Positions 23,701 to 37,006 are shown, counted from the stretch's first letter. The stretch is DNA of 64,000 bases from Monosiga brevicollis MX1 (GCF_000002865.3 NW_001865048.1:397757-461756); one strand, 5' to 3'. Notes: generated by a model not told the origin, from the sequence alone. Numbers and translations: made by a program.

Positions 23701-26700
23701 CTGGCCATAGCACAATACAACGGTGTGCCGTGTGCGTCCCTCACGCTTGGCGCACACCGTGAATCGTACCGGCGCCGATGAAAAGGGCAACAGCGTGAGA
23801 GCAGGGGGACACGCAGAGACGCAGCCGTCCGAGGCTGCACAGTCCACAGCAATGGCCAACGGAACCTATGGCAGCAAGTTGCGCGGCAAGTAAGGAGCCA
23901 GAAAGCCGTGCACTGTTACCTCACTCCTACCACTCTGGGTCACGGTGTTCGCGATGCAAGCAGCGACGCACCGGCATGGGGTTGGTCAGTTCCACCACAT
24001 CGGTCAGGTGGTCCTTCAGATGAGCAACGCCCAGAAACAGGCTCGACGGCAATACTACGAGCTCTGGCTTGGCCACAGAAATTAGCAGAGGGACAGGCAG
24101 GACAGCGACGGCAGCACCACATCGAGCATGGCCTCGCAAAACGGCATCCTGGCAGGAAAAAGGTAGCAGAGTATATGCAAAGTTCAGGCGATGAGCAGAG
24201 CAAAAGACTCATCAGCGCAGCAAGCGGTGTTTGGGCACCTGTTCGCAGCCAGGCTTGGCGGGCCGAAAGGTGACGCGAAGGTTGATTTGATCCCCGCTGA
24301 GGATTGTGGCTTGATTCAAGTTGAATGAATAGGCGGACAAGGCGGCGGCAAGACCGATGAGATTGGTATGCAAAGTGAGCGCTGGGCAAGCAGCAACGTG
24401 CCAAGAACACTGAGCCAGGGCTTCAAAGCAATTCATACCACGCGCGGGCTCGATCGTAACAAGGCCAATGTCTAGAGCCAAAAGCTCAAAATCAATCTCG
24501 AGGGATTGCGGGTAGGGGTTGGACACGGTCAAGTCACGCGTGTAGACTTGACCCAGCACAGCACCAACATCAAAATTGACCAACGCTGGTGTGAAAGGAA
24601 TCTAAACAAGCAATGTATCAGGTAAGATGAGGCCAATGCATCTGAACAAGTGCCCCAAGCCGGATGCAAAAGAAAAGAAAAACAACGACAACGACAAAAA
24701 CAACAACAACAGCAGCAGCAGCAGCAGCAGTAGTAGCAGCAGCAACAACAACAACGACAAAAAACAACAACAACAACAGCCACCACCACCACCACCAAAA
24801 ACAAGAGCCAAAAAATGGGTGCTTCTCGAGCCCGTAGTTCTCGACATGGGATTGCGTAGTAGGCTGTGTGACGCGCATGGAGCAGGACATGAATTGACGA
24901 GAATGCACGCAACGCACACGAAGTGGGTGGCCAACAGCTTGCAGCACAATTTCGCGTTCCCAAGTCGCTGCGCCTTCCATGACGTCGGCGCAGGCAATGG
25001 TGACCGTTGTCTAGATAAGACAGAAATTGAGCGCCCAGCACCACATGTCAGTTTTTCATTTTCCATTTCTCTTTTTTTATCACACTGCCACGCCATTCTG
25101 GCGCCAAGCACTGAATTGCGGTCATTCCAAGGATGTGTCCTACCTCAAATGCGGTGGCTGAGTTCACATCGACGGGAGGCGCGAAGGAAACCTCTACACC
25201 TCGATCTTCCAAAGCACCTAATGTTTAGGTCGACAAGCGAGGTAAGATGTCGCGGGAAAAAGCCTTATCACAGGTGCCCTTGGGCCCTCGCCGTTCCCAG
25301 AGAGAAATGATGCATTCATGCGCTGCTCAGGGCCGAGCCAAACTGACCGAGTTCAAAGGTGCCGTCAGTGACCGTGAAGCAGTGTGCATCCGGGCCGCAG
25401 ATGGTCACACGCACAGGCACGGGTACTTGCATGGGGTTGGTGACGATGAGTTTGTGTGTGGCATTGCAGCCCGCGGCAGCGCTCGGCAAGGCCCAGGTGG
25501 TGCGTCTGTTTGTGCAGGGGAGGCCGCGGGGGTAAGGCTGGTGCATTGGTGCAAAGGCGGTGACCATGGGACTGACTGTACCTGCGAAAGTCCTCAGAGA
25601 GATCAGCCTCAAGCTCAAGACGGGTTTCGAAGGCATGTGCTTGGATCGTCAGCGGCACCATGGTGCAGTTATCAAGCAGGAGCACTGGCGATGCAGTGCA
25701 ATGCCCCTCGGCTGTGGGCGCGAAGGAGATGTCAAAAATAGCGTGCTCACCAGCGCGCACGGATTGCCGGGCTTGCAGAAAAGTAAAATCCCCAATGTCG
25801 AGGGCTTCGGCGCCGTGATACTCAGCCCAAGTGGCCTCTGGAAGCGTTGTCAAATCAGCCGCAAGCCCGCGGAAAAGGATGCCATGCTCTTGCAGCCACA
25901 TCAACTCGCGCCGCTGCTTTCGCTCATCCTCCGAAAGCTCCATGGACATGAGCTCAGCTTCCTCCTCTTCTGATAGGGTCGGAGCGTCCTGGTCGCGATG
26001 CTCGACTACGCGCCAGACGCAGGCGCCGCCTGTGTTGAGAAAGCTCCAAGACTTGGTTGTGCAAGTGCCCACCAATGCAGGATCGAGCTCCAATGTTCCC
26101 GGAATGTTGAGCCCCGGAGCATGACGCTCCCCGACCAAGTCAACCTCAAATGGCTCCAAACCCTTTTGTGTATATGCGTGGCATGTGAGAGTATAGAAGT
26201 AGGGGCAATCTAAGTGCCAAACGCTGGAAGCTGGGGTTGATGGGCAGGGCCGCGGAGAAAAGCACGCACACACCTCCGGCACGATAGTGAGGGTGCCCGT
26301 GTATGAGCCCAAATGTGTGGGCTTGAAGACGACGGATACCTCCACGGACATGCCTGGTGCCACACCGCGTTCTTCATCTAGTTGCAGCGTATTTCAGAGC
26401 ATAGGAATAGCACCGGTCATGCGGGCACACACGTCCTAAAACAAGGTACCCACGCTCATTCCGCAAAGAGAGATGGTCCAAGCAACATGTATGCCGTACC
26501 GGCAGGGTACTTGACTTCAAGAATGCCAAAGGCTTCGTGGGCAGGGGGTAGGACGCGAATCTGCTTCATGTAGCCTGTGGTATTTGTAAGCTTGAGCGTT
26601 CGCGTGCAGGCCTGCTTGGTGGAAAACTCATCAAACAAGAGCTGCACATCGTCGAGCGGACATGAGTCTTTGATGAATGCGTTTGTACCGCAGGAGTAAG

Positions 26701-28409
26701 CGTGCCATATCAATCATAGCCCAACCTTGGAGGGTGTGACACGAATGGGATCAGGGGCGCCCTGTACACGGCGACGAAAGGTCCCGTTCAAGTCCGACTG
26801 GGCGAAATACGGGCAAGTCAATAACGTAAGCTTGAACCAACATCGCCGGGGTGTGCCGTCAACGCCCACACAGTGTGTGGCGCGGCCAGGCTAGGAGCAG
26901 GACACAGGGCAAGCATGGTTGCAGATACCTGAGGCTCCGTATCGTTGGGGTCGAGGGATCGGTGGCGTGGGTTGACAGAAAACTGTTGCTTGCGTCGATA
27001 CGTGGCCACCAACTTCTTCGTTTCCGCCTCTGAAGCCTTGAGCAGTTGTTTCTTTGGCGGAGCATGCTAGACAAACGGAACAGGTGAATGATTCCATCAC
27101 AGGAAGGATGGCTTCGGGCGGAGGGCGGGCGGACTTGAGCAAGTCGATCAAGAATTGGCCTTCCTGGCTTACCGGAACAGCTGTGCTTGACTTCCAAGTG
27201 CTGCCCACGGAGCCAATGCTGTGGCTACGGCTTTGACTGAAGAGCATGACCCAAGCGGTGAGAAGTACCAGTGTGGCGACGTTGGGCAAAATTCAAGTAC
27301 GTTGGGAGGGAGGGTGCCACGCACTGGGGCTTTGTAGCTTCGAGGCGACGCATTGTCGCAGCGGTGGCTTTGGCAAAGCCTGGTGTTTGCGGGGCCTGGC
27401 GTCGGAGACGAGCATTTGTGCATTGAAAAACCGCGTTTGATACCGTCCATTACACGCTATGAGGTGCACCAGGGCGTCTGTACCTGTGGTTTGGCACGTT
27501 TGGGCACTGTCTGGCTGACGAGGTGCAGAATATTGACGGGCATGGTTGCTGCAAGATCGGTTGACTCCATCAATGGGGATATTGTCTCGACGATGGAGAT
27601 GCCACCTGGCGGGGTTAGAGGCGCATCCGTGAGTGTGGAGCAGGGGCAGGCGCGGGGAGGAGGATGGAGCACAGATGCGTGCCCATGTGCATGCGTGCTC
27701 GTGTCTAGGCAATGCATGTCAAAGCGTACTGGCAGGAGCAAGTTGAGCATGCTCCGAAAAGCGGGCCAGGTGTTGCTGATAGTAGTCATCTTGCGCCTGC
27801 TTAATAGCCTCCTACAACATGTTACGAAGCAGTGGGGATGAGGCAAATTTTGCTGCTTCCAATTGTATTATTTATTCTCATTCCACAAGGGCAGAGTGGA
27901 GCTGGCGGGCGAACCTGAGCCTTGCTCAGCAGGTCAAGTTGATTTGCAATCTGATGTTGGAGCGTATCCCGCTCCTCAAAAATCTAGTTTGGGTCAAAAG
28001 AGGAGTGAAGTCGCGGGTGTGAGAGATCAGTGCAGCTCAGGACGAAGCAGGCATGGTGGCTTTGTATTCGTGCTCCTAATTTGACTTGACTGACTTGGCG
28101 CAGCTCACGGCGGTACCGATCCGTTTCCTCTTCCACGGCAGGGGGCAGCGAGTTGAGATCTGGTTGGCTGTACAGATCGCGAAAGGTGTTTTGCAGAAGG
28201 TGCTATTTGTCGATGGTATAAACGGCATCCAAGCCAACACAAATCCCAAGGATGAGCGAGTGCCGTCCAGAACAGAGGGAGCCCAGGACTGGCCCTGGGG
28301 CGCAGGGGGACTGTTTGCCTGCACAACTGCAACGTACACCAATACGCTGGGATTGAATCTCCGAGGGAAGCTCTGCATGCAGTGCCGTCTCTGCTTCAAA
28401 GGGATCCAT
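20619..28409 (-). CDS. DLEC1: DLEC1/CFAP81-like ciliary central-apparatus protein with tandem ASH/PapD-like Ig domains (multi-exon; 3' end approximate)
   Basis: N-terminal HLLQNTFRDLYS plus coiled coil, then NPR. LKLTNTTGYMKQIRVLPP...GVAPGMSVEVSVVFKP and repeated 'FG...L.L.N' Ig-like starts (FDVGAVLGQVYTRDLTVSN, FGLVQPGQAVQLGLQLRN). One exon of about 2.3 kb at 21560-23870. Confidence 0.8.
24681..24797. repeat. Compound trinucleotide microsatellite (AAC/AGC/ACC) in a DLEC1-like intron
   Basis: Adjacent aac, agc, agt and acc runs seen directly. Confidence 0.9.
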
Positions 28410-28654
28410 GACTGCCGTCTACCGGCCCTGCCCCCCACGCGAAACAAACGCTCACAGCCGGCATGAACTGACCACCCCCTCCCTCAACCCTCAACTGGCA
28501 CCTGAGCATTCAGAAGGAGGAAATCGTCTCGTCACCAAGGGCTGTCGAACACAACACCTGTTGATAACGCTTACGGAAACAATTGAAATTTTTAATTTAC
28601 CCCTCTATTTTGGTAGTCGATTTTCAATGAGATCACGCGCGCGCTCTCTCTCTG

Positions 28655-30663
28655 TTAGCCTAAGACACGATAGAAGTGAAGGGAGCTGGCCTCTTCAACA
28701 AACTCGTCGTCATCGTCGTCGTCGTCCGAACCATGGTGATCTGAGCTGTCTTCATCCAGCGCCTGGGGGAATTCCACCTCGATGGGTTCTACCCAGGTGT
28801 CGAGGTCCAACTCCTCTAGCAGCTGGCCGGAGGGGCAGTGTGGGCAGTCAGAGGGTCCATCAAAAACTAAAAGGCCACTCGGCAGGGCGCACCTCGCAGT
28901 TGGATAAGGACTCTTCCAAGCTGGGGCAGGTGACCAAGATTTGCTCAGGTGTACTGAGGGCCTGGCGCATGGTCCGCCATAACCTGGTGCACAAGAGGTG
29001 AATTAGGAAACATGTATGATATCGGTTTTGCCTGGTCAGAGAGGGTGGCCGCAGCAGGGCTCCACCTACGCGCGCCGGCTGTCGAGGTCACCAAAAAATT
29101 CAAAGACGTTGTGCATGACCACTACGTTTGCTGCATTGGGCAAAGAGGGCCTACTGTGAGGTGCAAAAGGGCAGGCATGGGCGGACAGGCAGAGGCACAG
29201 GCGACAGCAGGTCCTGTAAACTTTAACGCACCCCGACGGACGCGGGAGACCTCGTGCTGGACGTCTGCGCATACAACCTATTCCGCAGTGGGCCCAACGT
29301 TTTGTGAGCGAGCCACGCAATCAGATGGCATGCGTGTTGAGCTGCCGCTGCCAAGGTTCCGAAACAGCAGGCCTGAAGGCGGGCTACGCCACTCACTTCA
29401 ACACGGGGGCGAAGTTTGAAGCGCTTGATGACATCGCGCTGCAGCCCGCAAAAGTAGTCTTCCATTTCAACGCCAACCAGGTGCCCAAAGTCTGTCATGA
29501 AGTAGCCCTACACAGCCCCACCATGCCCAAGGCCGATCCCAACCACACGTGAGTTGCCGCAGTCTGCCAAATGAAGGTGGGCCTTAGGTTGGAAGGAGGG
29601 CTGCATGCCAAGGAAAAGAGAAGCGGGCATCACGGCCGAGGCATTACCGCATACAGAACAGCACCAAGACGCGAGCCAATGTCCATTAGCGTCACTTCCT
29701 CGCTCTTGGCTGGCAGCAAATGGCGAAGCTGTCGATCCAGGACATCGCGGAAGAGAAACTGCAGCTGGGCCATCGACATGGAATGCGAGATATAGGCTGT
29801 GTCGCCGAGGTCCGGCAGCAGGAGTTGAGCGGTGTCGGGCCCATTGCCAAAGGAATGATCACGAATGAAAGCGCGTATCTGAGTGGGCGACAGCACGCAC
29901 TGAGTGGGGCAATGCGGCGACTCGAACAGTCTTTGCAGTAATACTCTGCCAGCTCCTCGGCTTCGATCAGCTCTTGAACGGCGTCGTTGTCGAGCAAGAA
30001 GGAGTCAACATGGCAAGCCGTCTGGTCATTCACATTGCCCATCTACACACGGCTCCGGATAGCGACATGAGCCAGACGTGACAAGTGTGGATCGTAGCTA
30101 CAGCCCACGCCGGCAGGACCTACATCACCGTGCTCTGGGTAGACAATCTTTTCGTCAGGGGCCATACCACGCCAGCCAACGTGCCCCAAAAGGTGAGCCC
30201 GGATGTCTGCCAAGCGTTGGCGCGCCTCATCTAATTGTCGGCGAATATCACAAAGCATATCAGTAAGGTCGTTGTGCACGGAAACAAGGGCACGACCTGG
30301 AGCAGCTGGCGCCGCACGCATCGTCAGCCTGCCCTTTGCTCCATCTCAACCAACGGGTAGCGCGCGGTGGTTTTTTGGGCCATCCACGTGCAAAGATACA
30401 GGGTGCGTGTGGCTTCATACCGGCACGGGTGGCCACAGGGTCCTCGTCGGGCACCTCTTGCGCCTCTATCCGAACAAGATCATGCATGTGACAACGCCTG
30501 GACGTGCACGTGGCTGGGCAATGTCCTTTGCGCCCCCCGCGAACAGTTTAAGAAACATAAACGTACCTTGCAGCATTTCCATCAAGCGCGCGGCCTGTTG
30601 CCGGCGTTGCGCCGGTGGCATGCCCGCCAAGGCCGCCATCACCTGAGCAATCGCCGCATCCAT
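28655..30663 (-). CDS. Uncharacterised class I SAM-dependent methyltransferase with a CxxC motif (multi-exon)
   Basis: HVDSFL, YYCKDCSSRRIAPL, YISHS, motif I LMDIGSRLGAVLY, LVGVEM, ANVVVMHNVFEFF, and an acidic tail ending LHFYRVLG*. Confidence 0.8.
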
Positions 30664-30761
30664 CCTTGTCGTCGCCGCCGCTTTTTCACGTGTGAGAGAC
30701 AGAGAGAGAGAATGAAGAGAATGAAGTCAAAGTGCGGACAACGACATAAAAAGTCTGACAA

Positions 30762-30798
30762 AAGGTGTTTGAGAGAGAGAGAGAGCGAGAGAGAGAGA

Positions 30799-30840
<42 letters not shown>

Positions 30841-30850
30841 TGTGTGTGTG
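30762..30850. repeat. (GA)n/(GT)n tract in a divergent intergenic region
   Basis: Imperfect GA run followed by a GT run. Confidence 0.9.
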
Positions 30851-31050
30851 CAGTGTTGGCAAGTGGCGTTGTTGTTGTTGCCGTTGTTGTTGTTGCTGCG
30901 GACAACTCCTGTGCGGTGGCGCGAATGGCGATGCGCCGGCTGTGGCATTTTATTTTTGAAAAAAACTTTGTGAAGCCTTTTGCGAAGGATTGCATGTAGC
31001 TTTGAGCTTTGCTTGCTTTTGATCGCTCCTTTACCAAGTTACCAGGCAAG

Positions 31051-33314
31051 ATGGCACCCGTCACCGCTGTGATTGTGGGAGCAGGGCATCGTGGCCAGGG
31101 CTACGGACAGTACGCCCTTGAGCATCCAGATTTGTTTCAGATCGTGGGCGTGGCTGAGCCAACCGAGGTGCGCCGCCAACGCGTCGTACAAAACCATGAC
31201 GTTCCAGAAGCACACACCTTTGAATCGTGGGAAGCAGCCGCTGCCGTACCCAAGTTTGCCGATGTGGCCATGATCACCACACAGGACCAGATGCACAAGG
31301 TTCACGCTAAGCTCCCCCTCTCGGCAGCTCTCGACCCAGTGGCTGCGGTTTGGGCCTTCTCTCACTACCACCGCCGCCCGTTCTGTCCATGAATGCATGC
31401 TCAGGCTCCTGCAGTGGCCTTTGCCAAGTTGGGCTACCACATCCTGCTGGAAAAACCCATGGCCGTTACCGCGGCGGACTGCCGAGCCATCGCCGAGGCC
31501 TGTGAAGCCAACGGCGTGATGCTCTGCGTTTGCCACGTCCTACGGTCGGTTGTTGCTGGACCAGCCCGTCTTGCGCTTTTATTTACGCGCCAGCAAAGCT
31601 GCCTGAATTTGCCTGATGATGACCCTCGCCCCCTTGTCTCATGGCCACATCCCTCGGGCCCGCGGAGATAGATATTCGCCCGTCAATCAGCGTCTGCGCC
31701 AGCTGGTAGCTGATGGGACCATCGGCGCCTTGAAAAACATTTCGGTCCGACCACCACGCCCTGTTCGCACACCCACCGCATCTTTCTTGCACCGGATCAG
31801 CCAGTCATCATGCGACTCAAGCCATGCTCTTGTGCCCACAGCACACCGAACCCGTGGGCTACTTTCACTTTGCCCATTCCTTCGTCCGAGGCAACTGGCG
31901 CCGCGAGGACGAGAGTTCTTTTGCTCTCATGGCCAAATGCGTTCACGATGTGGACCTGATCCGGTACGGCCCGCTGGCAGGATTTCCTTTGACGCGCGTT
32001 ACTCGTGGTCGGGCACTGCCCAACTGCGGTTGCCCAACCAGCTCAGAACATGTCCTCACATGCCATTCCCGATCTGAAGGTGGTGGTTTGGTGGTATCAA
32101 GTGTACGGGCGTGTCCAGTTTTGGCTCCTTGAGCGAGTTTCATTCAAAACGCAAGCCCGCTCAAGCCGCAGCACGCTGTCTCGATTGTCCCCGTGCGTCC
32201 AAGGCACACCCATGCACCTGCTTGTAATCATCTTGTGCTCAAGCTTCAGCTGCGTCGCCTCTCTGACACCCCACCCACGCTGTCAATCCAACCTGTTAGT
32301 GCAAGACAGTTGTACGTACTCGGCCAAGCGCATCTATATGGAGAAGGGATGGTTTGCCTCCCACATTACAGGTGAGTGTGGGTATGGTAGAAGGAACGAG
32401 TCTTGTCTCTTTGTCGCACCAACATCTTGCAGTCTGTCGAGCAAGACCACATTGCTTACCTCTGGATTTTCGCTTGAACCGCCTCCTCGCCTCTATACCC
32501 ACATATCAGACAATGCACGCGACCCGCACGAGGTGGAAAAGGCTGTACGGGAAGGCCCATACGGCCGCTGCGTGTGGCAGTGTGACAATGATGTTGTGAG
32601 TACACACTCGAGGCCGAGAAGACATGATGAAATGCTAATCCAGCCACCCCCCCCCATCCTCCTTTATCGCTACCCCATTGATCCCGATTTGTATCAGTGG
32701 TCCAATACCTCATGCCGTTGCACCATGAATGCTACTAGGCGGACAACCAGGTTGTATCCTTCCAATTTGAAGGTGGTGAAACGGCAACGCTGTCCATGAT
32801 TGCCTTTACAGAAAAGGTGGGCGGGCGCCTGCCCGTGTGCGTGCCTTTGATGTCTTCCTTTGTTACCAAGCTCACTTTGGAAGCATAATGGCCTTGTAGC
32901 TGTGTCAACGTGAAACCACCTTCTATGGCACAGAAGGACAGCTCCGCTGCTATGATAGCTCCACCATCGAGCATTTTGACTTTGGCACACAACAACGGGT
33001 TCGTTTTCGACGCCGGCATCGGGTGCTGACAGCCTCTGCTTCGGTGCCTTCTCTCTGACAACCTCACGGATGGGCCAACTTTTGTGGATCTGTAGCATGT
33101 GATCCAATGCGAGCAGCCTCCGGCCTCGTCACGAATGCTGGGGCATGGGGGTGCAGATTACTTTCTCATGAAGGCCTTTGTGCAAGCCGTGCACGAAAAT
33201 AACCCGGCCCTGATTGAGACCTCGGCAGCTGATGCGCTCGCATCTCATCTACTTGTGTTTTCAGCCGAGCGTGCGCGCCGCGAACAGCGCGTGGTCGATA
33301 CGCTGGACTGGTAG
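31051..33314 (+). CDS. Gfo/Idh/MocA family oxidoreductase (multi-exon)
   Basis: [78 protein letters not shown] and GHGGADY. Confidence 0.95.
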
Positions 33315-33439
33315 GCTAGAGGCAATGGCCTGCTTGTAAACAGCGTTCAATTGATGTGGCATGGCTTTTCCAGCCAGAAGGCTTATTGAGCCAGACAGGG
33401 TCTAGTCAATTCTCAACACCCACCTCACGCACGACAGCT

Positions 33440-35150
33440 CTAGATCACAAGGGGTCGGATCAGGGTGTAGGTATGATCGTAGCCTGGCGTCGTTTTGCAG
33501 CGCGTGCACGTGTTGTTACAGTGTTCATCGGGTGAAGCTCCAAACACGATATATGCCTCCTGGCCTTGTCCGTTGACAATGATTTTGGGACGCTCGAGTG
33601 ACGCAAAGGTGTGCGTGGTGCCGTCGGTGAAGGTCACCTACCAAACGTGGCAGCGAAAGGAGGACATCGCACAATTAGGGCGGGTATGGGACGAGTCTCA
33701 AGGTCGGCCAATCGAACAAATGTGACGCACAGCTGTATGATAGGGCTCTGCAGTTGCCGCATGCCAGACCAAACCATCTGGCGAGAAGTAGTGACCCGAG
33801 GCCTACGGGAAGGGCCAAAAGTCAAATCAGTTAGTTGAGCGTTTCATTGGCCATCAAGCGAACGATACAAGAGCACCGTCTTTGCACTGCTGGCGGCGGG
33901 CGCACCAAAGACTTGTTGCAATTCTCCATAAGGACCTCGTTGTAGGCATGGCCAATCATGTGCCAATTGCCTCGGGCATCAATCCATACAAATGGGTCTT
34001 CCCATACCCTACGCGTACGAACACCCTGACAGTCAGAGGAAGAGAACTTGCTCGGCGACGACGTCCAGAAATGCGGGCAGAGAAATGGAATCGACAGGCC
34101 GAGGTGGCTGCAACTGTATTCGACAGGGAACAAAAGATCTTCAATGCTGCCAATTTTCTTACCCGGTCAAGGGTGGATTCTTGGGCAAAGCCGCGACTTT
34201 TGTGTAAGGTCCGGTAAAGTTGCCCTGGCTGCGGTATAGCTCCCATGTGCCTTCGTTGCACGCCAGGAACCAGGTGCCATTGGCATGCAGCATGGGTGCG
34301 GGGTTGTTGCAAGAGGGCACGTCCAGCTCGGCTGCTTGCCAGGGACCAGTGGGACTGGCGCTGTAGTGCACCACGGCACCGGGCAGGGCAGAGCCCCCTG
34401 AAAAGATGTGAAAGAGCACAAAGAGGGGCTGGCCAGTAGCATCGGTTGTGTTGATCACCTAACCATCACATTGTATCAAGGTGATGCCGGTCAGCAGCGT
34501 CTCGGGTCTGATGGAGAAGAAAGCCTCTTTACATCACAGGCTTACCATGGGGTTGTGGGCAGGAACGGGAAGGGCCACTGCTTCACGCGTATATGGGCCC
34601 TCAATCGTATCCGCAACGGCGTGCACCACCTATGCGCCACGGATAAGAATAGCCATGTGTGGGCAAGGCATTGAGAGGAGAGCCGCATACCTGGCTATCT
34701 GTAGTCCAGTTGATGAGACCACCGCTTCTCATCTCCGTTACCAGGAGATGCCATTGGCCTTGATAATGGACCATATTACCGCCCCAGGAGGTCTTGTTTT
34801 GGGGTCGGCCGTAGATGGCCTGGTTGGGCGAAGGGGCAAACTAAGAGTGGGTCCCGATTCCCCCCCAAAAGTAAGCAGATGGCCCAGATACGCATCAGGC
34901 GTTAGGTTGGCGACAAGACAAGAGCGTTGCAAGCATGTTCAGGGCGCCCAACCTGCAGGATGCCGCATTGCTCGCCGGCCCAAGGGGTAAAGCACGTGCA
35001 GAGCCCAGACTGGCCGCACTGACCATTGAGACTGCAATCGAGGTCGGATTGGCAGCCAGCCCACGCCACCGCACATAATCCCACCAACACGACCAGGCAC
35101 TTGGCCACCCATCCTCGGCCCCGGGGCCCATGTGTTATCCCTTGTTGCAT
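33440..35150 (-). CDS. Secreted protein: EGF-like module plus five-bladed beta-propeller glycosidase-like (GH43-superfamily-like) domain (multi-exon)
   Basis: Hydrophobic signal followed by CQSDLDCSLNGQC...CTCFTPWAGEQC. Then TSWGGN, VVHAVADTIEGPY, AHNP, SASPTGPW, NNPAP, WEDPFVWIDARGNWHMIGH and LERPKII. Confidence 0.75.
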
Positions 35151-35235
35151 CGTACTCCAATGTGTTTTCACCCCAGCACCACTGAGATCGCCGCACAAAT
35201 TGAGCGAAAGAGTTTTGTGAGAGTGTTTGGGTTTG

Positions 35236-35403
35236 TGAGAAAGAGTGAGAGTGAGAGAGTGAGAGTGAGAGAGTGAGAGTTTGAGAGAGTGAGACAGAGA
35301 GATGAGAAAAGACAGCGAGACAGAGTCACAGAGACAGAGAGACAGAGAGACAGAGACACACAGAGGGACACAGAGAGAGACACAGAGAGAGACAGAGACA
35401 GAG
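35236..35403. repeat. Degenerate GA/GAGT/GACA simple-repeat tract in a divergent intergenic region
   Basis: Seen directly. Confidence 0.88.
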
Positions 35404-35592
35404 GTTGAGAGCAAATCGTTCTTTCGCGCACTTGTGTTGATGTTTGATGTGTTGTCATTTCACGTTCAATTTTTTTTTTCTCGTTCTTGAAGGAAGGACT
35501 CCAAGTCAGTTGCTTTAAAATATTTCGACGATTGATGGCGGGCAAGGGAGGTTGTTTGGTGGTTGCAGCACGGCTACGAGGCATCGAGAAGC

Positions 35593-37006
35593 ATGGCATG
35601 GCAATGTAGTGGACGATCACAAGAGGAGCTGACAAGCGCACTCCGAGGTTTGGCCTGACAAAATGGAAGCGTCCGTCTTGAGTGTGTTGCGTAGACATTG
35701 ACCGTCTAGTCCCTGCACGTTGCACCGACTCAGCGGCAGGCATCTTGACCACCAAGCGTGGTGAAGCCGTCTTTGGACAAGTGGATCGCCGACATTTTGT
35801 CCGATCGCAGGGTGTGGCCTATCATGATGCACCGCAGCTGTATGTCCACCCCCCGTCTTCCGCGCTTACAGCGGCCACGCAACCATATCCTGGTGCATGG
35901 GTGTATTGGTCCTTCTCATGGACCGACAAACGTAGGATTGGCCATGCTGTGACCATTTCTGCCCCCCATATGCATGGTACGACGACTGTGCAGGAATTAA
36001 ATTGGATGGCTACTGATTTCGATGAACGCACGCCCCGAGCTGATGACTGGTTGCTTCTTGTTTTGATCAGCGTACTGCCTTGAGGCCTTGCTCGAGGTTT
36101 TGCAGCCCGGCGCCTCTGCGCTAGATGTGGGCTGTGGTTCCGGCATTTTTTCCGTGCTCATGAGTGCTGCGGTGAGGTATCGTGGCTGGTGACTCATGCC
36201 GTGGCGTGTTCTCGAGCAGCTCATTGCTGTCAATGTCGGAGGTAGATGCAACATCAAGGACATGTGCTGGGAATAGATCACGTGGAAGATCTAGTGGTGA
36301 CGGCTCGCCGGAATACTGAAAGCGCATGCCCCAATGCTCTCCACAGTGGCGCAGTACGTTGCCTATGGTAAAACCCATTTAAATGAGGTTTAGATTGGAA
36401 AAGTACCCACACTCGTGTATGAAAAACGGGATAGATACGCTTTCAGGTTGGCGATGGCCGCCGTGGCTACCCAGAGGCGGCACCCTTTGATGCGTAGGTC
36501 AACATGCGCCAACAACTTGCACAAAACCTCCTAAGCAAGCCTTCCCTCTTGACTCGTCGTTTTTGAATGGATATGACTGGCCTGTTGTTCATGAAATAGG
36601 ATCCACGTTGGCGCCGCGCTGGACCCGAAAGACTTGCCAGCGCTCACCCAACAGTTGAAGGCTCGTATCTCCCGCCATCCCTCCTTGCAACAATGCGTGC
36701 CCACCGTCCGAGGTCACCGTACGACCGCCTGAATGCACGACGCGTTGCTGACTGCGATGCCACGGTCTCCTATCTAGGTTGGCGGGTGTCTTGTCGCGCC
36801 TCTGGGTTGCATGGATGAGGTTCAAGAACTTGTTCAAGTACGTTCGTTCGCTTGATGGTGCTCCCCACGCTTAAAGAGTCTGCTTCTCACTCTGGTGGTA
36901 CTGAATACAGGTGAGGCGTACGACCACAGGGCTCGAGCAGTGTGACGTGCGTGGGCTGGCTGTTCGCTATGTGCCTTTGACGGATCTAGATACACAACTC
37001 AGCTAG
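35593..37006 (+). CDS. PCMT1: Protein-L-isoaspartate O-methyltransferase (multi-exon)
   Basis: MAWQCSGRSQEEL, VDRRHFV, YHDAPQ, TISAPHMH, ALDVGCGSG, VLGIDHVEDLV, VGDGRRGYPEAAPFDA|IHVGAA and VRYVPLTD. Confidence 0.95.

Noticed and set aside
24529..25310. ORFs with poly-Cys/Leu/Ser/Gln runs
   Set aside because: They derive from an intronic trinucleotide microsatellite in the DLEC1-like gene.
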